The notes below the pieces were generated by a model that did no database searches, was not told the origin of the DNA, and worked only from the letters and a program-made list of their open reading frames with translations. A stretch of DNA of 64,000 nt from an uncultured Acidobacteriota bacterium (GTDB taxonomy: Bacteria; Acidobacteriota; Blastocatellia; RBC074): positions 672,001 through 736,000 of the forward strand of contig CAWCKY010000007.1 in the NCBI GenBank assembly GCA_963796275.1, written 5' to 3'. Numbering within the stretch: position 1 is the first letter of the stretch; each line of letters begins with the position of its first letter. Below are positions 8,588 through 19,031 of the stretch, in pieces. The position numbers and the translations under genes were made by a program.

Positions 8588-9787
8588 CTATTGCAAAACG
8601 ACCTTCTCGCCTTCGCGGAGACCTTCGGTCACTTCGGTCCGCGTGCCATTGCTGATCCCAGTTTTGATCGGCTTCTTCTCGCGCCCATTCGGCCCTCTCG
8701 GAGCAGGGAATTCAACGCTGGCGTTGCGCTGTGTGTCATAGATCACCGCGCTTTCGGGAACGAGCAGTATGCCCCTGTGTTCTTCGAGCACTATCTCGGC
8801 GTTGGCGGTCATATTCGCGCGTAACTCGCCGCCCGGGTTGTTGATCGACACCTTGACCTCGAAGGTCACGACGTTATCTTTGTCGACGCCCAATGGGGAT
8901 GTCTGCGTGACTTTGCCTTCGAAGGTCCTGTCTTTGAATGTCTCGACTTTGATGCGGGAAGGCTGGCCGAGTTTAACCACGCCGATATCGGCTTCATCGA
9001 CCTTGCCGCGCACATAAACCTGACTGATGTCGCCCAGCACCATGACCAGCGTGGCGGCCGCTCCCATATTCAATATCGATGAGACCGGGCTGCCGATTTC
9101 GACGTCGCGTGAGAGGACTATCCCCTGGATGGGAGAGCGAATTGTCGCGTAATTCAATTCTTCCTCGGCGCGATCGACAGCTGCCTGAGCCTGCGCGACC
9201 TCGGCCTCGGCCTGTGCGACTCTGGCTTCGCTGACGGGAAGCTGAGCGCGGGCTATGTTCTGGCGGTTAAGAGCCTGCTCGTATACGTTGCGCGTATCAT
9301 CCGATACCTGTTGCGGCAGCACGCCCTCTTTTAACAATTTTTCTGACCGCTCGAAGCTGCGTTTGGTGAATGGAACTTCGGGGCCTTCAGCTTCGACCTT
9401 GTTTTTAGCCAGCATGGCGACTGCGGCCTTACGATTCGATTGGGCGCCCATCAATGCGGCCATCGCCTCGCGAACGCGCGCGGCGAGATTTTCCTTGTCG
9501 AGCTCTGCCAGAATCTGCCCCGGCTTCACGAAATCGCCTACCTGTACCTTGAGGGCTTCGATGATGCCATTTGCCTTGGATTTTATTTCGACTTTGGCGA
9601 TCGGTTCGATGCGGCCCGTTGCGACGACCGAACGCGTGATGTCACCCCGTTCGACAGTCGCCAGGCGCGACGCGTCGATAACGTTCTGAGGCCGCGACAT
9701 GACGGTAAATCCCGTGACGCCCACGCCGATCACAATGAGAAACAGACCGAGAAGCAGCCATGGCCTGCGTGATTTCTTGTTTGCCAT
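8588..9787 (-). CDS. MacA-type periplasmic adaptor (membrane fusion protein)
   Basis: Start at MANKK (RBS GAGGAG); N-terminal TM, lipoyl halves (VGDFVKPGQILAELD, IRSPIQGIV), alpha-hairpin and VDEADIGVVKLGQ. Confidence 0.9.
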   Translation of the reverse strand: MANKKSRRPWLLLGLFLIVIGVGVTGFTVMSRPQNVIDASRLATVERGDITRSVVATGRIEPIAKVEIKSKANGIIEALKVQVGDFVKPGQILAELDKENLAARVREAMAALMGAQSNRKAAVAMLAKNKVEAEGPEVPFTKRSFERSEKLLKEGVLPQQVSDDTRNVYEQALNRQNIARAQLPVSEARVAQAEAEVAQAQAAVDRAEEELNYATIRSPIQGIVLSRDVEIGSPVSSILNMGAAATLVMVLGDISQVYVRGKVDEADIGVVKLGQPSRIKVETFKDRTFEGKVTQTSPLGVDKDNVVTFEVKVSINNPGGELRANMTANAEIVLEEHRGILLVPESAVIYDTQRNASVEFPAPRGPNGREKKPIKTGISNGTRTEVTEGLREGEKVVLQ

Positions 9788-9837
9788 TTTTCTCCTCTTT
9801 TTGTTCGTGCCACTATCCGGAATTATTTTTTCTGGGT

Positions 9838-9876
9838 CTATCTTCTCGCCTATCTTCTCGCCTATCTTCTCGCCTA
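9838..9876. repeat. 12-bp tandem repeat x3 (CTATCTTCTCGC)
   Basis: Perfect copies at 9838, 9850 and 9862, upstream of the adaptor start. Confidence 0.9.
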
Positions 9877-10133
9877 ACATACGGAAGTTCGGAAACCGCG
9901 GTTCCGAAAAAGATCCATACAGATGTTGTTGGGACGAGCGGTGGGGACACCAACACCCCAACGCTCGATTGGAAGCGGGACGGCCGTTCACCTGGCTATT
10001 ACGAAGTGTAAGTGGTTTGAGAATGCAGGAAGTTTCAAAAAAGGAGGGGAATCAGTCAGCAATGCGAGCGGGGGCGAAATGTCTCTCATAGACCGATTAA
10101 CGGAGACTCCCACGGCACCGCTCGCGCTACCGA

Positions 10134-11174
10134 TCATGATCCATTCAGCAGATACGTATCCATCCATTCAAGCACGATCTTCCGCATCTCGGGCGTCTCT
10201 TCGTGTCCGCAATCGAATAGTTCTATCCGGCAATCTTCTGTCTTCCCGTACTTTTGATAGAGCGGAGTCAAATAATCGCGTACGCGCTCTACGCCTGCGG
10301 GAGGGGTGAGCAGATCTTTTCTCCCGTTCAGACTGAGATGTGGGCGGGGGACGATAAGTTCATTGATTTGATGGGTCTGGAAATGTTCGAGCAGCCTTGG
10401 CACATAGTAATAGATCCCGTGACCCTTCAGATTGTTGATCTTGATCAGCTCTTCAAAATCGGTGAGGCAGCAGAGATCGATACAGAGTTTGACGCGCGGA
10501 TCGAGCGCCGCGAGCCACCAGGCTTTGGTCGAACCCATCGATAAACCGAACGCACCTATTCGGTTACGGTCGACTTCCGGGCGGCTGGTCAAATAGCTCA
10601 CGGCCATGAACTCATCGAACATCATCATCCCGTAGAGCACCTGGCCATACCAGATCATCTTTTTGAATGCGTCCCATTCGCCGTCCCTTCCAATCGGATT
10701 GCGCTGGCGGCCGGAGAAGCACCAGCTATCGATGGCAAGCGTTACGATGCCTTTCTCCGCGACGACGGGGGCATATGCCGGTAGAACATTGCGGCCCTTG
10801 AGCAATTCTTCTTTCCCCAATTCATACGTGCCCCCGTGAGCGTGGATATAGAGCAACCCCGGAGCAGGTTTCTGTAATTTATCGGGAATAAGCAGAATGG
10901 CCGGTACCGGCTCGATTCCATTCAGATCGAGTTCGAGATGCTCCAGCGTATAGCCGGCGCCCTTCTCGGTCTTGATCAGTTTCGGTTTACCGGGCTGATG
11001 TTTCAGCGGCAGATCACCGAGCAGCCCCCAGAGCTCACGGCGCCGTTTTTGCTGGTAAGCGGTGAAACCGCTTTTTGATTTGAAAGTTTGCGGTGTTGCC
11101 GTCATCGGGATGCTTAGGCTTGAAGCGAATGCCGCACTAGTACATTTGAGAAAATCGCGTCGATGAATAGACAT
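10134..11174 (-). CDS. Tat-exported alpha/beta hydrolase (dienelactone hydrolase/acetyl esterase-like)
   Basis: RRDFL twin-Arg signal, HAHGG, DRNRIGAFGLSMG elbow and C-terminal GHE. Confidence 0.85.
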   Translation of the reverse strand: MSIHRRDFLKCTSAAFASSLSIPMTATPQTFKSKSGFTAYQQKRRRELWGLLGDLPLKHQPGKPKLIKTEKGAGYTLEHLELDLNGIEPVPAILLIPDKLQKPAPGLLYIHAHGGTYELGKEELLKGRNVLPAYAPVVAEKGIVTLAIDSWCFSGRQRNPIGRDGEWDAFKKMIWYGQVLYGMMMFDEFMAVSYLTSRPEVDRNRIGAFGLSMGSTKAWWLAALDPRVKLCIDLCCLTDFEELIKINNLKGHGIYYYVPRLLEHFQTHQINELIVPRPHLSLNGRKDLLTPPAGVERVRDYLTPLYQKYGKTEDCRIELFDCGHEETPEMRKIVLEWMDTYLLNGS

Positions 11175-11264
11175 TGAACCATATTATCTGACGCTACCGG
11201 AGCGAAGCCGCAAAGAAATATCTCCTCCCCCCTGCGGCTTTGCTCCTGCGCGTCAAATCCCCCT

Positions 11265-13868
11265 TTATCGGTTGCGAATGCTGTAATCCGGCCAGCACTC
11301 TTCGATCTGCATGTCATCGATACCCCGGCGACCGCCTGCCGGTCTCGCGCCGGTCGTCGCAGGCGCGGCAGGAGGGAATTTCGGATCGAGAATTATTGCG
11401 ATCTGATCCTTCACATCTTCGAGATGTAACCGCGTCGCGCGGTCGGTCGTCCTCGCGAGAGCGCGCGTAACCTCGGTATTGAGCGCCCTCAACTCACCGC
11501 GAAGGAAGGGACGCTGATCATCGCTCACCTCAGTCCGCCCGTTGAGTCTGTCGCCAATGAGGTCGAGGTAAGCGCGTTGGAGATTGCGGCGATACGCATC
11601 GATCTTTATCGCCGCGACTGCCTTTGTTGTTCCGTTTCCATTCAACTCAATCCATACTCCCTTGCGGAGGTCGCTCAGGAACTCAACCGGCCGGTATGCT
11701 TTATCACCATCGAGCGCTTCCTGCTCTACCAGACGGGCGAAGCGTGACGAGTCCAGTAATTGCGTCAAAACCGACAGCTGAGCGGTCTTTATGCGGTCCA
11801 GCGCGCCGTTCGGTTCGATCCGGCGCAGTATCTCTGGTCTGATCATCCAGGCTGGAGTAGTGAAGGCGTTTTCATTTAAAAACTTAACGGCCGCAATCTG
11901 GCGTTCTTTCGCAACCGGGGAAAAGATCACTCCTTCCTGCCCTACATGCTTTTGTTGCGAATCGAATCCGCCGACTATCCGCGCGACGTGATTCATCTCC
12001 AATCGCCATTGGCCGAGAATACGGCCGTAGAGCTCCTCCAGATCATCATACGGATCGCCCTCCTTGGTCGAAGTGGCTGAGAGGAGAATCTCGGAAACGC
12101 GCTTGAGGTTTTTGAGGCCGAGGGTTGTCGCGGCGATCGCATCGGCATCGCCCACTGCTTCCGTCTGCTCGCCGGGATCAGCCCCGAGCGACCTTTCGGT
12201 AGAAAAACGCAACCAGGGGGTCTTGTCCTGCACGCGCGCCCACTCGTCAAGCGTCTTCCTTTCAGCTTCCGGAGTTTCGCATCCCGGAATCGGTTTGTAA
12301 CCCCACATCGTCACCCATTTGTCGTAAGGCCCGATCTTTGGAATCAGGTCTTCTACATCGATCTTGTCTTCAGGCTGCGCAACATAGTTGAACCGCGAAT
12401 AGTCCATGAGGGTTGGAGTGTGCCCCATCTTCTTGACCCACTCGCGATCCCGCACTTTTTCGAGGGGATACATCGAACTGGCCTTCATATTGTGAGGGAA
12501 GCCGAGCGTATGGCCGACTTCGTGCGCGGCGACATAACGGATCAGCTCGCCCATGAGATCGTCGGGTAATGGGAGCTTCTGCGCGCGTGGATCGAGCGGA
12601 CCGACCTGTACGAAGTACCAGTCGCGCGCCAGATTCATGACGTTGTGATAAAACTGAATATCGGATTCCAGAATCTCGCCGGTGCGCGGGTCGTGAATGT
12701 GCGGCCCGGATGCGTTCTCGATTATCGAAGGGAGCCAGCGAATTACAGAGTAACGGGCATCTTCTGGGCTCCAGTCGGGGTCATCCTTAGGTGGATCTTT
12801 CGCTATGATCGCCTTCTTGAACCCGGCTTCTTCGAATGCAGGCTGCCAATCTTCGATGCCTTTCTTGATATATGGAACCCACTTGGGAGGGGTGGCCGGA
12901 TCAATGTAATAGACGATGGGTTTGACCGGCTCCGAGATCGCAGCACTCGGATCCTTCTTCTCCAGCCGCCAGCGCGTGATGTAAGTGCGTTGTGGCGCGC
13001 GATGTTCGTCTATCCCGTAGTCCAACTTGCGCACGGAGAAATAACCCACGCGTTCGTCGGCCAGACGCGGCATCATAGGTTTCTCGGGCAATTTGACCAT
13101 ACTGTAATGCATGACGACAGTCGCGCTTCCGGGCCTCATCCCGGCGCCTTGAAAAGGATTGGGAGGAGCCGGCGGGCCCGCGGGTGTCGCATCCGGCGGA
13201 GATGTGTAGGTATGGGTGGCTTCCACCTCGATATTTTCGGGAAACGAAACGACTCGTTCGACAAAAGAACGTGAAGCATCGAAGCCCCGGGCGCGCAGGC
13301 GAGTCCGTGCGCTTATCTCAATCACCTCGGTCGTGAAGAGACGAGAAACGTCGATTACGGGTGCCTCGTCTTTACCGAAGGATTCGATATAAAAATTCAT
13401 CAGTATCGTGTCGTTATTGGACGCCCGAACCGCTTGCGATATCGGCAGGTTGGGATCTGCGGCGACGTCATACGATACGCTCCGTAGCAGTATGCGATTG
13501 TTGTGGCGTTCCCATCGCACAACGCGGTTGCCGAGCGCCTGCCCCCCATAGCCCACGCCCAGAGTGGTCTTCGCAATCTGACTCACCCAGAGGAGTTCTT
13601 TGTTCAATTGGTTCTTGGGAATTTCGTAATAGACCTTGTCTTTGATCCGATGAACGGTGAAGAGTCCGTCATCCGACTGCGCATCTTTAGTTATGACCTT
13701 ATCGTAAGGTTTGGGTTCGGCATCACGGCCAGGGGATGATGACGATGGCCTCTCCTGCGCTCCAGGTGAGGCGCCTGCGGGATCCTGTGCCTTACCATCC
13801 GGGCAGAGATATCCGATAATTGCCGTTGCAAGGATGGCTGCGCGAAAGGTCTTGACAAACTTACTCAT
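11265..13868 (-). CDS. secreted zinc-dependent metalloprotease (DUF5117/DUF5118/DUF4953-type metzincin)
   Basis: Start at MSKFVK (RBS AAGGAG); PRLADERVGYF, KPIVYYID, DPRTGEIL, HEVGHTLGFPHN and LMDY Met-turn. Confidence 0.9.
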   Translation of the reverse strand: MSKFVKTFRAAILATAIIGYLCPDGKAQDPAGASPGAQERPSSSSPGRDAEPKPYDKVITKDAQSDDGLFTVHRIKDKVYYEIPKNQLNKELLWVSQIAKTTLGVGYGGQALGNRVVRWERHNNRILLRSVSYDVAADPNLPISQAVRASNNDTILMNFYIESFGKDEAPVIDVSRLFTTEVIEISARTRLRARGFDASRSFVERVVSFPENIEVEATHTYTSPPDATPAGPPAPPNPFQGAGMRPGSATVVMHYSMVKLPEKPMMPRLADERVGYFSVRKLDYGIDEHRAPQRTYITRWRLEKKDPSAAISEPVKPIVYYIDPATPPKWVPYIKKGIEDWQPAFEEAGFKKAIIAKDPPKDDPDWSPEDARYSVIRWLPSIIENASGPHIHDPRTGEILESDIQFYHNVMNLARDWYFVQVGPLDPRAQKLPLPDDLMGELIRYVAAHEVGHTLGFPHNMKASSMYPLEKVRDREWVKKMGHTPTLMDYSRFNYVAQPEDKIDVEDLIPKIGPYDKWVTMWGYKPIPGCETPEAERKTLDEWARVQDKTPWLRFSTERSLGADPGEQTEAVGDADAIAATTLGLKNLKRVSEILLSATSTKEGDPYDDLEELYGRILGQWRLEMNHVARIVGGFDSQQKHVGQEGVIFSPVAKERQIAAVKFLNENAFTTPAWMIRPEILRRIEPNGALDRIKTAQLSVLTQLLDSSRFARLVEQEALDGDKAYRPVEFLSDLRKGVWIELNGNGTTKAVAAIKIDAYRRNLQRAYLDLIGDRLNGRTEVSDDQRPFLRGELRALNTEVTRALARTTDRATRLHLEDVKDQIAIILDPKFPPAAPATTGARPAGGRRGIDDMQIEECWPDYSIRNR

Positions 13869-14095
13869 AGATCGCTCCTTATTTCGGGGTTCGATAGATT
13901 CAGTAGGACTTCGGCACGCTGGATGCAGCGCCAGTCTCAGCGAAGAATACCTGAAGGTAAAATCAAAAGGCAAAAGGAGAGATAGAAAAATGTATGATGA
14001 GATTGCGAAACAGACGACATCCCAGAACGAATATGTTCACCCTCGCCTCATGGCCGGGGACAACTGTGACAGCGCATGGGAATAGCAATATCTTA

Positions 14096-14168
14096 ATTAA
14101 TGGCTACCACCATTAATGGCTATCACCATAATTAATGGCTATCACCATAATTAATGGCTATCACCATA
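14096..14168. repeat. 19-bp tandem repeat (ATTAATGGCTATCACCATA) x3 plus one truncated copy
   Basis: Perfect copies at 14112, 14131 and 14150; degenerate copy at 14096. Confidence 0.9.
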
Positions 14169-14332
14169 CTATAGTAATAGCTATAGTGATAGCTCTGCGT
14201 TGCCTCAGCCGTCTCCGAGCCGCTGCGGAGGAGATTTTTCTTCGTCGAATACTCTTCAATGAAAGTCGTCGAACTTTTCTGTGTCAGGCAGTTCTCCGCG
14301 GAGATACTCAAACATCCTCAACAGGAATTGCC

Positions 14333-14650
14333 TTACGCTGCCAAAGGGAGGAATACCTGTTCCGCAGCCGCCGGCGGCATCGGTGGGATCGGCGGATCCT
14401 GATAATGATCTGCCCGTGCCGCACATTCCGGCTGAATCGAATGTATGAATATCTCCACGTCTTCTGGTGTCTTGAGCTGTCCCCCATCATAAGCTTGCCA
14501 GAAAAGCCCTATCGTTTCATTGGCGCTCCGTTCGTCTTTGTGAGTGCTGAGAAATGTCACATCGTCTCTGTTCAAACTGACACACGTTCGATATAACCCT
14601 GTCCCATACTGCTTGATTACGACGGCAATTACTTGATTTCGACGAGCCAT
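14333..14650 (-). CDS. hypothetical protein with Pro-rich tail
   Basis: Strong RBS AAGGAG before ATG 14650 (MARRNQV); 105 aa. Confidence 0.6.
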   Translation of the reverse strand: MARRNQVIAVVIKQYGTGLYRTCVSLNRDDVTFLSTHKDERSANETIGLFWQAYDGGQLKTPEDVEIFIHSIQPECAARADHYQDPPIPPMPPAAAEQVFLPLAA

Positions 14651-14958
14651 GATTTCACTCCTTTTTTTATATGGAAGGTTTGCAGCCGCACAGAGCTGCG
14701 CCTTCATTATTTGTAGACTCAATTCGTATCCTCCAAATTGAGTCTGATAACTTACTTTTGAATTTCTTTTACGCGGTGAAGAGTTCGCTTCTACCCTTCA
14801 CGCGCTTTGATCGATGCTGTTTCAAAAAATATTTACGGAGACGAATATTGGGAGGCGTCAAGCTGCCTCAAGATTTTCAGTGCGACTTCGATGTGACTTC
14901 AGCGCACTATCTGTGATCTTCGAAGAACAACTGAAGAATCAAAAATATCAAAATAACT

Positions 14959-14994
14959 TTTCAAATTATCTTTCAAATTATCTTTCAAATTATC
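14959..14994. repeat. 12-bp tandem repeat (TTTCAAATTATC) x3 with degenerate flanking copies
   Basis: Copies at 14959, 14971 and 14983. Confidence 0.85.
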
Positions 14995-15155
14995 TTGCAA
15001 AAGATCTATTCAAACTATCTTGGCAAAATACCGTTGCAATCCGTGTTTGCAACGGTATTTGCCATTTTCGGTAGGATCGCTTGACGACCGAAAATATACC
15101 GAAAATGCAAATTGAGCGCAACAAAAAAATTGAGTTATGGGCAATTTAATCGTGC

Positions 15156-15198
15156 TTGACGATGTAGGCGCACGCACTTAAACTCAATGCTTAAGTGC
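15156..15198 (+). promoter_or_regulatory. sigma70-type promoter of acnA with overlapping inverted repeat
   Basis: TTGACG-N17-TAAACT (15156-15184); GCACTTAA-N9-TTAAGTGC (15174-15198). Confidence 0.55.
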
Positions 15199-15292
15199 TA
15201 TTGAATCAACTCAACACGATGTGCCACGGGATCTCAGGCTACTCATGCTCCTCCGTCGTGTTCAAACTCATTCGGATCAGGTGAAATTTCGT

Positions 15293-18163
15293 ATGCCACA
15301 CAATCTTTTCAACACGCTACAGAAATTCGATCTGGGTAAGGGGAAGAATGGCCGGTTCTATTCCCTGCCGGAGCTCGAAAGTCAGGGCATCGGCCCAATT
15401 TCAAAATTACCGGTCAGCATTCGTATTGTTCTCGAATCAGTTCTACGCAACTTTGACGGGGAAAAGGTCAAGGAAGATGATGTCCGCGCGCTCTCCAATT
15501 GGGGGCATGACGCCGAACGGACCGCCGAAGTTCCTTTCATCGTAGCCCGCATCGTTCTACAGGACTTCACCGGCGTGCCGCTATTGGTCGACCTGGCGGC
15601 GATGCGCTCGACCGTCGCCGGGATGGGGAAGAATCCCAAATTGATCGAACCGCTCGTTCCGGTCGATCTGGTCGTCGATCATTCGGTGCAAGTAGATTTC
15701 GCGGGCACCTCGAGCGCGCTACAGCACAACATGGAGATAGAGTTTCAACGCAATCGCCAGCGTTACGAGTTCCTGAAATGGGGAATGCAGGCTTTCCAGA
15801 CTTTCAAGGTCGTTCCGCCAGGCATCGGCATCGTCCATCAGGTAAATCTGGAATATCTTGCGAAGGGCGTCCTCGAGAAAGATGGGATTTACTATCCGGA
15901 CACCCTCGTCGGGACTGACTCGCACACGACCATGATCAACGGTCTTGGAGTCGTCGGCTGGGGCGTCGGCGGGATCGAGGCGGAGGCGGGTATGCTCGGA
16001 CAGCCCGTCTATTTTCTCACGCCTGACGTGGTGGGCGTGTATCTCAAAGGCAGATTGAGGGAGGGCGTGACGGCGACCGACCTTGTGCTGCACATCACCG
16101 AGATGTTGCGCAAAGCAAAAGTCGTCGGAAAGTTCGTCGAATATTTCGGCGAGGGCGCATCGTCTCTGACTGCCACCGATCGCGCGACGATCGCGAATAT
16201 GGCTCCCGAGTACGGCGCAACGATGGGATTTTTCGGCGTCGATGAAGAGACCTGTCGATATCTCAGGCTCACCGGCCGCAGCGACGATCAGGTAAATGCC
16301 TTCAGAAACTATTTCAAAGCGCAGGGCATGTTCGGTATTCCGGGCGAGGGAGAGGTCCGATATAGCCAGGTGCTTGAGCTGAATCTGGCTGAGATCACCC
16401 CGAATGTGGCCGGGCCGAAACGCCCGCAGGATCGGATCGAGCTCGCGAAAATGAAGGAGAGATTTCATGACCTTATGATCCGGCCGGCGGCTGATAACGG
16501 CTATGGGAAAACGCCCGCGGAGCTCGATCGGCGGTTCGAGACGCTCATCGGGTTGCACGGCCGATTGGCCGAACCGCTGACGGGGGGCGGTGAGCAGGGG
16601 GCGGAGACTGCTCCCATCGCCAAGACGGACAGTGTGAGCGTGAAGAATACCAGTACACTGACCGAAATAGAGATGATGAATAACCGCCCGACACCCGATC
16701 GGGTCGAGGACGCGACTTCCGATGCTTTCCCCTCCGCTCTGGCCGATCTGGGTCACGGAGACGTGTTGATTGCAGCCATCACCTCCTGCACCAACACATC
16801 GAATCCGAGCGTTATGCTGGCTGCGGGTATTCTGGCCAAGAAGGCAGTCGAAAAGGGGTTACGCGTCAAACCGCAGGTCAAAACATCGCTCGCCCCCGGT
16901 TCGCGCGTCGTCTCGGATTATCTCGAGAAGACGGGGCTGCAAACCTATCTCGATCGACTCGGGTTTCAACTCGTCGGCTACGGGTGCACGACCTGTATCG
17001 GCAACTCTGGCCCGCTCGATCCGAGGATTGAAGATGTCGTGGTTTCGAACGATCTGATTGCAGCCAGCGTTCTGAGCGGTAACCGCAATTTTGAAGCGCG
17101 CGTTCACCAATCGATCAAGGCCAATTTTCTGATGAGCCCGCCTCTGGTGGTCGCATTCGCTTTGGCCGGTCGCGTTGATATCGATCTTACGAGGGAGCCG
17201 ATAGGTAGGGGAAATAACGCAGATGTCTATCTAAAAGATATCTGGCCGAACCAGGAAGAGATCACTGCGGTCATGAGCGCGGCGATGGATCCGGATACAT
17301 ATCGGGCGCTCTACTCCGACTTCACTTCCGAAAATCCCTTGTGGAACGATATTCCATCGATGATAGGCGATGTGTACGAATGGAACGAAGAATCGACTTA
17401 TATTCAGGAGCCGCCATTCTTTGATGATTTCGCCATGAAACCCGGAGGGATAACCGGAATAAAAGGGGCGCGCCCGCTCGGTATATTCGGAGATTCGGTG
17501 ACGACCGATCACATCAGCCCGGCCGGTTCGATAAAGCCGGCGTCGCCGGCGGGCCAATATCTGATCGATCGCGGAGTCGAGCCGCTCAACTTCAACAGTT
17601 ACGGCTCGCGCCGCGGCAACGATCGGGTCATGACGCGCGGCACTTTTGCGAATGTGCGGATCAAGAACCTAATGGTTCCGGGCATCGAAGGCGGCGTGAC
17701 CAAATATTACCCCGGCGGCGAACAGCTGAGCATCTATGATGCGGCAATGAAATATCAGGCTGAAGGCATTCCTCTGGTCATCATTGCCGGACAGGAGTAT
17801 GGCACAGGCAGTTCGCGCGACTGGGCCGCCAAGGGAACTCGCTTGCTGGGAGTGAAGGCAGTCATCGCAAAGAGCTACGAGCGTATCCACCGCAGCAATC
17901 TGGTAGGTATGGGCGTACTTCCATTGCAGTTTAAGGAAGGAGCGAAAAATCTCGTACTCGATGGCACCGAAACTTTCGACATCGTAGGATTGGAGAGCAC
18001 GATCAAGCCGCGCCAGGATCTCACGCTTGTCATCAATCGTGCGAATGGCGCGAAAGAAGAGGTTCCCGTCACTCTGCGTATAGATACTCCGATTGAGATC
18101 GAGTATTACCAGCACGGCGGTATATTGCCTTACGTATTGCGCCAGTTGATCGCTCAAGGATAG
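15293..18163 (+). CDS. acnA: aconitate hydratase A
   Basis: [53 protein letters not shown] and [13 protein letters not shown]. Confidence 0.97.
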   Translation: MPHNLFNTLQKFDLGKGKNGRFYSLPELESQGIGPISKLPVSIRIVLESVLRNFDGEKVKEDDVRALSNWGHDAERTAEVPFIVARIVLQDFTGVPLLVDLAAMRSTVAGMGKNPKLIEPLVPVDLVVDHSVQVDFAGTSSALQHNMEIEFQRNRQRYEFLKWGMQAFQTFKVVPPGIGIVHQVNLEYLAKGVLEKDGIYYPDTLVGTDSHTTMINGLGVVGWGVGGIEAEAGMLGQPVYFLTPDVVGVYLKGRLREGVTATDLVLHITEMLRKAKVVGKFVEYFGEGASSLTATDRATIANMAPEYGATMGFFGVDEETCRYLRLTGRSDDQVNAFRNYFKAQGMFGIPGEGEVRYSQVLELNLAEITPNVAGPKRPQDRIELAKMKERFHDLMIRPAADNGYGKTPAELDRRFETLIGLHGRLAEPLTGGGEQGAETAPIAKTDSVSVKNTSTLTEIEMMNNRPTPDRVEDATSDAFPSALADLGHGDVLIAAITSCTNTSNPSVMLAAGILAKKAVEKGLRVKPQVKTSLAPGSRVVSDYLEKTGLQTYLDRLGFQLVGYGCTTCIGNSGPLDPRIEDVVVSNDLIAASVLSGNRNFEARVHQSIKANFLMSPPLVVAFALAGRVDIDLTREPIGRGNNADVYLKDIWPNQEEITAVMSAAMDPDTYRALYSDFTSENPLWNDIPSMIGDVYEWNEESTYIQEPPFFDDFAMKPGGITGIKGARPLGIFGDSVTTDHISPAGSIKPASPAGQYLIDRGVEPLNFNSYGSRRGNDRVMTRGTFANVRIKNLMVPGIEGGVTKYYPGGEQLSIYDAAMKYQAEGIPLVIIAGQEYGTGSSRDWAAKGTRLLGVKAVIAKSYERIHRSNLVGMGVLPLQFKEGAKNLVLDGTETFDIVGLESTIKPRQDLTLVINRANGAKEEVPVTLRIDTPIEIEYYQHGGILPYVLRQLIAQG

Positions 18164-18456
18164 GTGGGGACAGGAGGACGTAGAAAAGGGGAGGGAAGCG
18201 GCGAGTCGATGCGAGATGGCTATATCATCTCCTCGCCTTCTTCCTCCCCCAGCTTTGTCTCCACTTATTTTGATCTGCTTCCAGCCTTACTCCCGCGGAT
18301 AATTGTTCTCCCCTTTTTTACCCTTCTTTTTGATCAGATTTCCAACTCAAGCAGAACCTGATGTAAATCGGCGGCGTTATCCAAACTGCGAATGAATGGA
18401 TGTCGATAGTTATCGGAATCGATAAACGAAATAAGGAGAAGGAGAAGGAGAAGGTA

Positions 18457-18876
18457 ATGATCAAGAAGGTCTACAAGATTTTGGCAATCACGACACTTAT
18501 CTTTATTAGCATTGTTGTGGGCGCTTCTGCGCAGGAATCGAAAAAGACGAAGAGTGTCAGGATCGATTTCGACTTCTATGCCGGTAAAAAACTCATGCCG
18601 GCTGGCGATTATATCGTCAGCCTGCTGCTGAATAACAACACGCAGAAGCTGATTTTGATCCAGCAGCAGGATGGAAAATCACAAGCGATCATCGCAAGCG
18701 TGCCGACACGTAACGATGAAGAGCGGAGCCCTGGTGCGATTATTTTCAATAAATATGGAACGCAATATTTCCTGGCCGGCGTTCAATTAGGTGACAGAGA
18801 TATTCTGCATACGGCGATCAAGACGCGCGCGGAACGCGTTCTCTTGAGGGAGATTGCGATTAGCGGATCGATTTAA
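18457..18876 (+). CDS. secreted beta-rich hypothetical protein
   Basis: AAGGAG repeats before ATG; signal peptide ending ASA-Q; FDFYAGKKLMPAGDY and IIFNKYGTQYFL motifs. Confidence 0.7.
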   Translation: MIKKVYKILAITTLIFISIVVGASAQESKKTKSVRIDFDFYAGKKLMPAGDYIVSLLLNNNTQKLILIQQQDGKSQAIIASVPTRNDEERSPGAIIFNKYGTQYFLAGVQLGDRDILHTAIKTRAERVLLREIAISGSI

Positions 18877-18940
18877 AGATGCCGGGGAGACGGTGAGAGC
18901 GAGTAACGCTCGATAGTTCGTGGAATGAGCAGGAGGAGAA

Positions 18941-18995
18941 AAAACACCGCAAGCGGATGGGGGCTCGGGCTTAACCCGACCGCTTGCGGTGTTTT
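18941..18995. terminator. long inverted repeat, likely intrinsic terminator
   Basis: AAAACACCGCAAGCGG ... CCGCTTGCGGTGTTTT. Confidence 0.6.
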
Positions 18996-19031
18996 ATTGA
19001 CCTCACAGGGGACAGCGCATAAGCTCATCGC

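Noticed and set aside
9788-9991. N-terminal extension of the MacA-type ORF (GEKI repeats)
   Set aside because: It is a translation of the non-coding 12-bp repeat. A strong RBS supports the start at 9787.
14096-14168. CRISPR array or the + strand ORF 14135..14596
   Set aside because: The repeats are contiguous with no spacers. The ORF starts inside the repeat and overlaps a better-supported minus-strand gene.
15021-15064. Sigma54 promoters within the inverted repeat
   Set aside because: GG-to-GC spacing is 11 or 12 nt rather than the required 10
15719-16756. Long antisense ORFs (this one, 43911..44837, 45743..46669, 37974..38759)
   Set aside because: Shadow ORFs opposite well-conserved genes in GC-rich DNA, with no recognisable motifs
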